This document shows, one piece after another, positions 26,508-35,045 of a stretch of DNA of 64,000 nucleotides (positions are counted from its first letter, which is position 1; the number at the start of each line of letters is the position of its first letter). The notes beneath the pieces were generated by a model. That model was not told the DNA's origin. It saw only the letters and a list, made by a program, of their open reading frames with translations, and made no database searches. The position numbers and the translations under genes were made by a program. The stretch lies in the sequence record NC_047713.1, one strand, 5' to 3'.

Positions 26508-29027
26508 ATGGGTAATCTACACAAATGGTTTTCAGGTTCCAAGTCCAAAGACGGCAAGTCTGGATGGGTGAATGTAAAGACTGGTGGTACCTGTGCAAGT
26601 GATGAACCCGGAGAGGGCACACCCAAGTGTGTGTCTTCATCTAAAAGAGCTAGTATGACCAAATCCGAAAGGGAGTCTGCTTCTCGTAGAAAGAAAGCTG
26701 CTGACCCTGGACAACAACAAAAGTCAGGTGCTGCTAAACCAACTTACGTATCTACCGACAAGCCTAAGAAGATGAAAAAAGAACATTTTTCTAATTGGAG
26801 GGATGATACACCAGAACCAATGGTCAATGAACTCTTTGGAATGGGTAAGAAGAAGGAAAAGAAAAACAACGGTTCTGGTGGTTCTTTCTCAGCTTCTACG
26901 GCAGAGGCGAACGCTAGATCCAGGGGGTGGAAACCTGAAAACGAAAAACCAAAACCCATGGGTGCTTTTGGTCCAGAAAAAGGAAAGAGTAAATCCCCAG
27001 ACCAATTCAAAAATGTGAAGAAAGCTTTGGGTATTCGTCCAAAAACAGAACCCAAAGTTACAAGTCAAACAAAACCAGAACCCAAAGTTACAAGTCAAAC
27101 AAAAACAGATCCTACACCCAAGTCCAATCCATATTCTGGAAAGGATAAGTTAAAACCCCAAAGTTTTAGTACTGCAGTTAAATCTGGTACTAAAATGAAA
27201 AAGAGTACTCCATCAGCCCCAGGTAAAATTGTGACTCAACAAGGTAATCAAAAAGAGCAGTTTTCTAACTGGAGAGATAACTACGTAGCCACTGAGCACG
27301 AGTTCATCGATCTCATAAAACCAGAACCTATGGTAGGTATCTCTGAAACCAAACAGGATGGTCCTGAACCCACAAGGAAACAGACTCGTGGTGCCATGAA
27401 GAACATTCGTAGTAAAATGAATACTGCAAGTCACAAAGACCCAGATAAGAAGAAGACAAAGCAAGAACTAGCTTTCCAAAAGGCTAGAGCTAAGGCTTGG
27501 GGTATGACTGAAGAAAAGATGTCAGAACGAGATAAAGAAGTTGCAAAGTATCGCGATCAGGCTAAGAAGAAAACTACTATGCCCGATGGTGATGTTGGTC
27601 ATGATATTCACAAGAGAGCAGTCGATCAATATAACAAACAGAACCCTAGTAAGAAGGTGAAGGAGGAAGTAGAAATCTCCGAAGAAGATAAGAAGGGTTC
27701 AGGTAGTGGTAAGAAAGACGCCTGTTACAATAAGGTGAAGGCATCAGCTTCTGTATGGCCATCAGCTTATGCTTCTGGTCGTTTAGTTCAGTGTCGCAAG
27801 AAAGGTGCTGCCAACTATGGCAAATCCAAGAATGAGGAGTTTATCAGTATTGTAGCCTCCGAGTATTTCATCAATGAAGGACTCAATGATGAGGGAGTGG
27901 CGGAACTAGTTGATTTGTTGGGACCTATTCAGTTTGGTGAATTGGTTAATGAGATTGCTGAGGGTGTAGAAGAAGATCTACTCATTGAAGCTAGAGCTGG
28001 TGGAGTTAAGATTGAGCCCAAGAATAAGTCTGGTACTAGAGTTTCGGATCTATCCAAGGGAGCTAGAACTAGAGCTATTAACACACTCCGTAAAGAGAAG
28101 GCAGCTAAGAGAGCTGGTGAAGGTGAAGGTGGTAAGGGTAGTCTAAAGGACTCCCTAAAATCACAAGCCAAGGCAGCTAAGAAATCAGAGCCCAAAAAGG
28201 CTAAGAAGGAAGAACCCAAAAAGGAAGCAGCTAAACCAGCAGTTGAGAAGGCTAAAGCCACTCAACCTAAGAAGAGAGGTTTCTTAGATTCTGTAGCCCG
28301 TCAGGTTAATAAGGGTATGGATCGCCATAGAAAGGCAATGGAACTAGCCCGTGAAACTGGTAAGGTAGCTAAGAAGGCAGCCAATATTGGTGGTCAAGTT
28401 GCTAAAGGTGCAGTTCAAGGTGTTAAGGACACCGCCAAGACAACCAAAAACGTAGCTGATAAACTAAAAGAAGAATACGTATTGGTTGTATCTGAAGAGT
28501 GGAAGCCTGACCCCACTGAGAAACGTGAAAAGAAAGCGGCTAAGCTAGGTAGGGATGAAGAGATCGAGAAAGGCAAGTCCAAGAAATATGGACGCGATGA
28601 ATCCAAGATTGACAAACTCTACAAGCGTCGTATGGCTGTTCAGTTCAAAAAGAAAATGAGTGAGGAAAGACTAGACGAACTCAAGTGTTGGAAAGGTTAC
28701 AAGCGTAAGAAGGGTTCTACACCTGGAGCTCCTGGTTCCTGTGTGAAAGAAGGTTTCTCCAGTTGGAGAGACGACCTTGACCTTATGGAAGGTGTTGCAG
28801 CTTGGCAACGTAAAGAGGGAAAGAATAAAGCCGGGGGGCTTAACGAGAAGGGACGTAAGTCCTATGAACGAGAGAACCCCGGCAGTGACCTCAAAGCACC
28901 ACAACCCGAAGGTGGTCCTCGTAAGAAGTCATTCTGTGCAAGGATGGGCGGTATGAAAGGACCTATGAAAGATGAGAAAGGTAAGCCAACTCGTAAGGCG
29001 TTGGCACTAAGAAAGTGGAAGTGTTAG
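26508..29027 (+). CDS. Lys-rich modular protein (839 aa), candidate internal head polyprotein
   Basis: Long clean ORF. Basic Cys-containing modules alternate with acidic spacers ending in xxE/EE; three FS(N/S)WRD repeats. Confidence 0.85.
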   Translation: MGNLHKWFSGSKSKDGKSGWVNVKTGGTCASDEPGEGTPKCVSSSKRASMTKSERESASRRKKAADPGQQQKSGAAKPTYVSTDKPKKMKKEHFSNWRDDTPEPMVNELFGMGKKKEKKNNGSGGSFSASTAEANARSRGWKPENEKPKPMGAFGPEKGKSKSPDQFKNVKKALGIRPKTEPKVTSQTKPEPKVTSQTKTDPTPKSNPYSGKDKLKPQSFSTAVKSGTKMKKSTPSAPGKIVTQQGNQKEQFSNWRDNYVATEHEFIDLIKPEPMVGISETKQDGPEPTRKQTRGAMKNIRSKMNTASHKDPDKKKTKQELAFQKARAKAWGMTEEKMSERDKEVAKYRDQAKKKTTMPDGDVGHDIHKRAVDQYNKQNPSKKVKEEVEISEEDKKGSGSGKKDACYNKVKASASVWPSAYASGRLVQCRKKGAANYGKSKNEEFISIVASEYFINEGLNDEGVAELVDLLGPIQFGELVNEIAEGVEEDLLIEARAGGVKIEPKNKSGTRVSDLSKGARTRAINTLRKEKAAKRAGEGEGGKGSLKDSLKSQAKAAKKSEPKKAKKEEPKKEAAKPAVEKAKATQPKKRGFLDSVARQVNKGMDRHRKAMELARETGKVAKKAANIGGQVAKGAVQGVKDTAKTTKNVADKLKEEYVLVVSEEWKPDPTEKREKKAAKLGRDEEIEKGKSKKYGRDESKIDKLYKRRMAVQFKKKMSEERLDELKCWKGYKRKKGSTPGAPGSCVKEGFSSWRDDLDLMEGVAAWQRKEGKNKAGGLNEKGRKSYERENPGSDLKAPQPEGGPRKKSFCARMGGMKGPMKDEKGKPTRKALALRKWKC
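27041..27109 (+). repeat. 30-bp in-frame tandem repeat, about 2.3 copies (KTEPKVTSQT / KPEPKVTSQT)
   Basis: aaaaacagaacccaaagttacaagtcaaac, then aaaaccagaacccaaagttacaagtcaaac, then aaaaacaga. Confidence 0.95.
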
Positions 29028-29030
29028 AAA

Positions 29031-29147
29031 ATGGAACTGCTGAGAACTGCCCTATCCCACACTTGGTTTGTGGGACTTTTGTCATATTTACTGGTAACAA
29101 TTCCCGTTATTGGGATTGATATAATCCACAGACAAGAAAACAACTAA
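29031..29147 (+). CDS. Micro-ORF, single-pass membrane peptide (38 aa; not in the ORF track)
   Basis: MELLRTALSHTWFVGLLSYLLVTIPVIGIDIIHRQENN. It fills the gap exactly, 3 nt after the upstream stop and 2 nt before the next ATG. Confidence 0.65.
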   Translation: MELLRTALSHTWFVGLLSYLLVTIPVIGIDIIHRQENN

Positions 29148-29149
29148 CA

Positions 29150-30361
29150 ATGTCTATCCTAACTCACACTAATAATAACTACGAAAGGTACGATGAGGAC
29201 AACGTTCTAGCGTCACCTCAGCCTGCATTTAGAAGTGAGAGTATGGATGCAGTTGGTTGGACTAACTTTACCTGGAAAGATTTTGATGGTGATTATGTCA
29301 AACATCTAGTTGGTGGTGGTGTAACTTCTATTCAGGGGTATGTGAAAAGGGACGTAGATAATAATATAGTCATTCAACCCCAATACATCAGGCACGACAT
29401 AGACAATAACCCACTGGGTAGTTTGGATCCACTAGAACTTGTAGGTGTTGGTAATATTACAGCACCTGATGGGTTTGCTGTCGGTAGAGATATGGCTGGT
29501 CAGGTTGCTGGTTATCAGGGTGGTACTGAACCCATCACTGTTGAAGGTCAGTTACAGAAACAAGAAACCCCTGGTGGTGCTTGGATTGGTATTAGTCCTT
29601 GGACGGAAGTTGATACTGCAGTAAAAGAAATAGACTCTTCTTTGGTGGGAGCTAAACTTCGTATTTCTACTAGAATTCAAGATGCCATAATCGCTCCATC
29701 ATATCTCACTACCAATACTCCTGGTTCGGATGTTGTTGTTGATGAGATGACTCCCGATGTGAATGGTACTCTTACTTGTAGTGGAGCGGACCCTGCATAT
29801 CCAGGAGATGTACTTACTATGACAGAAGGCACTATAACCGGTGGTATCGGTCCATTTACTAAGAAATATCAATGGTTTAGAAGAGAAGTTGGCGCCACTG
29901 GTTCATATGCATTCTTTGGTGCTCCAGATGGATTGACTTATACTATTCAGTATAGTGATATTGGTTATGATGTTAAAGCAAGAACTAGGTGGCAAGATTC
30001 ATATAACTATCTTAGAACCGTCGGTACGGTTCCAAACCACATTGAGGTTATAGCAGAACCACTAGAATTGGTATCAAAGGGAACTCTAGATGGAGTTGGT
30101 CAGTCAGGCACAGTCCTAACACAAACTGCAGCAGTATTCAGTGGTGGTGTTCCCCCATTCACTTATAGATATGAATGGGTTAGGAGAGTGACTGGTGAGT
30201 CTGGATTCTTCGAGTTTGGTGCTCCAGATGGTCTTCAGTATATTATTAGGTCTTCTGATATCGGTTATGATATTAGAGGAAGAACCGAAATCTTTGACTC
30301 CCTAGGAAATTCGAAGAGTAGTAGTTCTACTACTCCTGGAGATGTTACCGTAACATCATAA
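29150..30361 (+). CDS. Protein with tandem Ig-like repeats (403 aa), possible virion decoration/adhesion protein
   Basis: Two clear repeats of GTL..G....G.VLT.T.....GG..PFT..Y.W.RR..G..G.F..FGAPDGL.Y.I..SDIGYD...RT...DS, plus one degenerate copy. Confidence 0.75.
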   Translation: MSILTHTNNNYERYDEDNVLASPQPAFRSESMDAVGWTNFTWKDFDGDYVKHLVGGGVTSIQGYVKRDVDNNIVIQPQYIRHDIDNNPLGSLDPLELVGVGNITAPDGFAVGRDMAGQVAGYQGGTEPITVEGQLQKQETPGGAWIGISPWTEVDTAVKEIDSSLVGAKLRISTRIQDAIIAPSYLTTNTPGSDVVVDEMTPDVNGTLTCSGADPAYPGDVLTMTEGTITGGIGPFTKKYQWFRREVGATGSYAFFGAPDGLTYTIQYSDIGYDVKARTRWQDSYNYLRTVGTVPNHIEVIAEPLELVSKGTLDGVGQSGTVLTQTAAVFSGGVPPFTYRYEWVRRVTGESGFFEFGAPDGLQYIIRSSDIGYDIRGRTEIFDSLGNSKSSSSTTPGDVTVTS

Positions 30362-30390
30362 CTACTACATAAGGTAGGTATAATATTATT

Positions 30391-32037
30391 ATGGCGGATA
30401 CTAAGTATCTTGGGAATCCAAACCTGAAGAAGGCAAACGTTGCTGTCAACTTCACTTTGGAACAGGTGAAGGAGTATGTTAGATGTAAAGAAGACCCAAT
30501 CTTTTTTGCCAGGAACTACATTAAGATTGTGTCCCTGGACCATGGTCTTGTGCCATTTAAGTTGTATGATTTCCAGGAAGACTTAGTTAGAAGTTTCCAT
30601 GAGAAGAGATTTACTATCTGTAAGATGCCTAGACAGACAGGTAAGTCTACAACCTGTGTGGCGTTTCTTCTCCACTACTTGGTATTCAATGATAATGTCA
30701 ACGTCGGTATCCTAGCAAACAAAGCAGCAACTGCTAGAGAGATTCTAGGACGACTACAGATTGCATATGAAAACTTACCGTCGTGGATGCAACACGGTAT
30801 TGTTTCTTGGAACAAAGGTTCAGTGGAGTTAGAAAATGGCAGTAAGATATTGGCAGCTTCTACGTCTGCAAGTGCTGTCCGAGGTATGTCTTTTAATATC
30901 ATCTTCCTCGATGAATTTGCGTTCGTTCAGAACAATATTGCAGAGCAGTTCTTTGCCTCTGTTTATCCTACTATTACTTCTGGTAAATCAACGAAAGTAA
31001 TCATCGTTTCCACGCCACATGGTATGAACCACTTCTACCGAATGTGGCATGATGCTGAGAGGGGTATAAATGAGTACAATCCAATTGAAGTTCACTGGTC
31101 TCAGGTACCGGGAAGAGACTCCATATGGAAAGAACAAACTATTAAGAACACTTCTGCTGAACAGTTCAAGGTTGAGTTTGAGTGTGAGTTCATTGGTTCT
31201 GTTGATACTTTGATTGCTCCATCTGTTCTCAGGGCGATGGAATACAGAGAACCAATTAGGAAGCAAAAAAGTTTAGATATATTCTACGAACCAGAAAAAG
31301 ATAACATCTATGTAATCACCGTAGATGTCGCCAGAGGGGTCGGAAAGGATTACTCTGCCTTTGTGGTGTTTGATGTCACAAAGTTCCCCTACAAGGTCGT
31401 GGCGAAGTATAGAGACAACGAAATCAAGCCAATGGTATTCCCCAGTATCATTGAGAGGGTGGCAAAGTCATATAATAGGGCGTGGTGTCTTATTGAGGTG
31501 AATGATATTGGTGATCAGGTTGCCTCTATACTAAACTATGATTTGGAATACCCCAACCTCATGATGTGTGCTATGAGAGGTAGGGCTGGTCAGCAACTAG
31601 GTGCGGGTTTCAGTGGGTCCAAGACTCAGTTGGGTGTGAAGATGAGTGTTGCCACCAAGAAACTAGGTTGCTCCAACCTCAAGACTCTGGTGGAGGAAAC
31701 TAAACTAATCTTTGAAGACTACAATATTGTTCAGGAACTGACGACCTTTATTCAAAAGAACAACTCATTCCAAGCGGAAGAGGGGTGTAATGATGACTTG
31801 GCTATGTGCTTGGTTATCTTCTCTTGGGTAGTGGCTCAGGACTACTTCAAAGAGATGACTAACAATGATGTGAGAAAGGAGATATACAATGAAAAGGAGA
31901 ACCAGATTGAACAGGATATGTCACCATTTGGTTTCTTCTCTGACGGAACTGAAGAGGGTACTTTTGTAGATAATAGTGGAGATGTGTGGCACACTGATGA
32001 ATATGGCGATATGAGCCATATGTGGGAATATATGTAG
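30391..32037 (+). CDS. gp17: Terminase large subunit gp17
   Basis: YLGNPNLKKAN, Walker A MPRQTGKST, Walker B IFLDEFAF, IIVSTPHGMNHFY, and nuclease motifs VDVARG.G.DYS and EEGCNDDLAM. Confidence 0.97.
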   Translation: MADTKYLGNPNLKKANVAVNFTLEQVKEYVRCKEDPIFFARNYIKIVSLDHGLVPFKLYDFQEDLVRSFHEKRFTICKMPRQTGKSTTCVAFLLHYLVFNDNVNVGILANKAATAREILGRLQIAYENLPSWMQHGIVSWNKGSVELENGSKILAASTSASAVRGMSFNIIFLDEFAFVQNNIAEQFFASVYPTITSGKSTKVIIVSTPHGMNHFYRMWHDAERGINEYNPIEVHWSQVPGRDSIWKEQTIKNTSAEQFKVEFECEFIGSVDTLIAPSVLRAMEYREPIRKQKSLDIFYEPEKDNIYVITVDVARGVGKDYSAFVVFDVTKFPYKVVAKYRDNEIKPMVFPSIIERVAKSYNRAWCLIEVNDIGDQVASILNYDLEYPNLMMCAMRGRAGQQLGAGFSGSKTQLGVKMSVATKKLGCSNLKTLVEETKLIFEDYNIVQELTTFIQKNNSFQAEEGCNDDLAMCLVIFSWVVAQDYFKEMTNNDVRKEIYNEKENQIEQDMSPFGFFSDGTEEGTFVDNSGDVWHTDEYGDMSHMWEYM

Positions 32038-32054
32038 TCTAAAATGTATATTTC

Positions 32055-32062
32055 TATAAATA
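32055..32062 (+). promoter_or_regulatory. T4-type late promoter TATAAATA upstream of gp18
   Basis: Exact consensus, intergenic. Confidence 0.75.
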
Positions 32063-32104
32063 TTTCTAGATTAATTTCGGACTTTCAAAAGGGAGAACCA
32101 AAAG

Positions 32105-34300
32105 ATGCCAGTAAACTTAGCATCGCCCGGAATTGTCGTAAGAGAGGTGGACCTTACCCTAGGTAATGTACAGACTTCTACGGACAAAACCGGCGCAATT
32201 GTTGCCTCTTTCGCAAGAGGACCTGTTGATAAGCCAACCCTAATCGCAAGCGAGAACGAGCTTCTCGATGTCTTCGGACAACCCTCATCTACTGATAGGC
32301 AGTATGAAGGATGGCTAGCCATTTCTTCTTATTTGTCATATGGCGGTATTATGCAGGTTGTTCGTTCTGACAACGAGAAACTCAATAATAGCTTTGTGGG
32401 TACGGCCAGCAGCATTAAAATTAAAAGCTTAGAGGATTATAACGATCTAGCTTATGATGAGAACCAGATTCCTGGTGTCACGGTAGCATCCAGAAACCCA
32501 GGATCCTGGGCAAACGGTATTAAGGTAGCGTTTATTGATGGTAAAGCTGACCAATATGTCAGTTCAGTGGGTCTTGGCACTTCAGCCACTTCTTCCATTG
32601 CTCTAGGACAGGGTGTAATTCAAACTATCAGCAAAGTTGCTGCTGGTGCGGGTACTACACAATTAGTAGAAGGAGACCTTAAGGGTATTATTACTGGAGT
32701 AAACACCTCCACGGATCAACTAGAAGTTAAAGTCCTTTCATTCACTCCCTCAACTGGTTCAAACGCAGGTGTACAATTCGAAGTTGATTATCAACAGGGT
32801 GGTACTTGGTCGTTTGTAACTGGACTCTTCCAGGTATATTCTAGCGTAGGTCTAGTGACCTCAGTAGTAGCCGGTGGAGCATCAGATTGGTTTGATGATC
32901 AAACTATCTCCGTTCAAGGTGGTAGAACAACAGTTAATTGGAACTCCCTAGCCAACAGACCAACCACAACTGAGTTCGCAAGAACTAGAAACGCTCGTTT
33001 CGATGAATTCCACATTGTCATTTTTGATGACACAGGTGATGTTACTGGTAATGCCGGTACCATTCTAGAGAAGAATATTGGAATGTCCAAGGGTACAGAT
33101 GCTGAGTTCTCAGCTGGTACTCCTTCTTACTGGAGAAAGTATCTAGCTAACACTTCTTCTTATCTCTTTGGTGGATCATCCCCAGTTGGTGTTGTTACAA
33201 CTTCCTTTGAGCCCGATAACGGTAATGGTTTCGTTCCTGAAACTGGCGGTGAGTGGGATCAACAGACCCGTAATAAGAACTTCTATTCCTGTGGTAACCT
33301 AGCGGTAACTATGGAGGGTGGTAAGAACTACGACGGTGGAACTGATATCGATGCAATCGGTGCGTTAAGAGTAGATGTTGGTGATATCGCAGCAGGTTAC
33401 GACAACTTTGAGTCCGATGACGAGACTGATATTGATTTCCTAATTATGGGATCAGCAGCCTACAACGAACCTGAAACTCAGTCACTAGCTAACAAGATCA
33501 TCTCGATCGCAGAACTACGTAAGGACGCTATGGCGTTCATTTCACCTTACAGAGGTTCTCAAATTACTGATTCTGGATCAGGTGCTCAGGTTACTATCAA
33601 CTCTAACAAGATTACTGATAACCTAATCAGTTTCTACTCAACTGTAGCTTCTTCCAGTTACGCCGTATTGGACACTGGTTACAAGTACATGTACGACAGG
33701 TTCGCAGACAAGTTCAGATATGTTCCTATGAACGGAGACATCGCTGGATGTTGTGCAAGAACCGATCAAGTAGCTTTCCCTTGGTTCTCACCAGCAGGAA
33801 CTACAAGAGGAGCAATCCTCAATGGTGTAAGACTAGCTTACAACCCAACACAACAACAGAGAGATCGCCTCTACTCCGCTAGAATCAATCCCGTCATCTT
33901 CGCTAATGATGTTGGTGGTATTGTTCTCTTCGGTGATAAGACAGCCCTATCAGCCTCCTCCGCTTTCGATAGAATCAACGTTCGTCGTTTGTTTATCTAC
34001 GTAGAAGACGCTGTTAGTTCAGCCGCCAAGGATCAACTCTTTGAATTTAACGATGAAGTTACTAGAACTAACTTCGTGAATATTGTAGAACCTTTCCTTC
34101 GTGATGTTCAAGCGAAAAGAGGTATTACAGACTTCATTGTAGTTTGTGACGAAACCAATAACACACCTGCTGTTGTTGATAGAAACGAGTTCGTCGCTGA
34201 CATCTTCATCAAACCAACCCGTTCCATTAACTTCATCGGTCTAACGTTTGTTGCTACCCGCACTGGCGTAAGTTTCGAAGAGGTTGTTGGTACTGTTTAA
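32105..34300 (+). CDS. gp18: Tail sheath protein gp18
   Basis: LASPGIVVREVDLT, PWFSPAG..RGAILN, LFGDKT.....SAFDRINVRRLF, EFVADIFIKPTRSINFI.LTFVATRTGVSFEEV. Confidence 0.97.
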   Translation: MPVNLASPGIVVREVDLTLGNVQTSTDKTGAIVASFARGPVDKPTLIASENELLDVFGQPSSTDRQYEGWLAISSYLSYGGIMQVVRSDNEKLNNSFVGTASSIKIKSLEDYNDLAYDENQIPGVTVASRNPGSWANGIKVAFIDGKADQYVSSVGLGTSATSSIALGQGVIQTISKVAAGAGTTQLVEGDLKGIITGVNTSTDQLEVKVLSFTPSTGSNAGVQFEVDYQQGGTWSFVTGLFQVYSSVGLVTSVVAGGASDWFDDQTISVQGGRTTVNWNSLANRPTTTEFARTRNARFDEFHIVIFDDTGDVTGNAGTILEKNIGMSKGTDAEFSAGTPSYWRKYLANTSSYLFGGSSPVGVVTTSFEPDNGNGFVPETGGEWDQQTRNKNFYSCGNLAVTMEGGKNYDGGTDIDAIGALRVDVGDIAAGYDNFESDDETDIDFLIMGSAAYNEPETQSLANKIISIAELRKDAMAFISPYRGSQITDSGSGAQVTINSNKITDNLISFYSTVASSSYAVLDTGYKYMYDRFADKFRYVPMNGDIAGCCARTDQVAFPWFSPAGTTRGAILNGVRLAYNPTQQQRDRLYSARINPVIFANDVGGIVLFGDKTALSASSAFDRINVRRLFIYVEDAVSSAAKDQLFEFNDEVTRTNFVNIVEPFLRDVQAKRGITDFIVVCDETNNTPAVVDRNEFVADIFIKPTRSINFIGLTFVATRTGVSFEEVVGTV

Positions 34301-34340
34301 TTCACTTCTACCTAAACAAATTTTCAAGGAGCAACCCTAA

Positions 34341-34937
34341 ATGGCAAGCACAAGATCTCAGGTAGAGGGTCCAGTATTGAGGACGCTGAGTGACTTTAAA
34401 GCTAAAATGACTGGTGGCGGTGCCCGCCCCAATCTATTTGAAGTCGTTCTTCAGTTCCCAATCTCAGCACCTACCGATACCGATACACTACAGAAAACAC
34501 GTTTCTTAGTTAAGGCAGCTGCACTTCCAGCTTCAAACATTGGTCCCATCGAAGTTCCCTTCCGTGGTCGTGTTTTGAAACTAGCAGGTGACAGAACCTT
34601 CGATACCTGGACTATTACAGTTCTAAATGACACGGATTTCTCAATCCGTTCAGCGTTCGAGAAGTGGATGAACTCCATGAATCGTATGGAAGACGCAACT
34701 GGTACTCAGGATCCAGCTTTCTATCAGTCAGACGCATATGTCTATCAGTTAGACAGAGATGGTTCAACTCTACGTACCTATCGTTTCCACGACGTGTTCC
34801 CCAATAACCTATCTTCTATGGATCTCAACTATGAGACCACAGATAGCATCCACGAATTCACAGTGGAAATGCAGGTTCAGTGGTGGGAAGCAATCAGAGG
34901 AACCGGACGTAACGCCGGTGGTGAAGATATCTTCTAA
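34341..34937 (+). CDS. gp19: Tail tube protein gp19
   Basis: GGGARPNLFEV, VPFRGR.LK.AGDRTFDTWTITV.ND.DF.IR.AFEKWMN, EFTVE.QVQWW. Confidence 0.96.
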   Translation: MASTRSQVEGPVLRTLSDFKAKMTGGGARPNLFEVVLQFPISAPTDTDTLQKTRFLVKAAALPASNIGPIEVPFRGRVLKLAGDRTFDTWTITVLNDTDFSIRSAFEKWMNSMNRMEDATGTQDPAFYQSDAYVYQLDRDGSTLRTYRFHDVFPNNLSSMDLNYETTDSIHEFTVEMQVQWWEAIRGTGRNAGGEDIF

Positions 34938-34954
34938 ACCCAGTTCAGTACAAG

Positions 34955-34983
34955 AGACCTCCTCAAAAAGGGGGTCTTTTTTT
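34955..34983 (+). terminator. Rho-independent terminator after gp19
   Basis: Stem AGACCTCCT/AGGGGGTCT (one G-U pair) followed by a T run. Confidence 0.8.
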
Positions 34984-34988
34984 ATGCG

Positions 34989-34995
34989 CTAAATA
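34989..34995 (+). promoter_or_regulatory. Probable late promoter variant CTAAATA upstream of gp20
   Basis: Directly after the gp19 terminator. Confidence 0.55.
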
Positions 34996-35045
34996 TATTC
35001 ACGGGTCGTACCCATACATGCTATTATAGGAAGAAAATACTCGTT

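Noticed and set aside
27041-27109. Possible CRISPR-like repeat
   Set aside because: The units are directly adjacent with no spacers and are in frame within a CDS; this is a simple tandem duplication.
26744-28904. Hydrophobic Phe/Leu-rich minus-strand ORFs (e.g. 26744-27055, 27929-28261)
   Set aside because: They are the expected antisense reading of Lys/Glu-rich (AAG/GAA) codons in the 839-aa gene, not independent membrane proteins.
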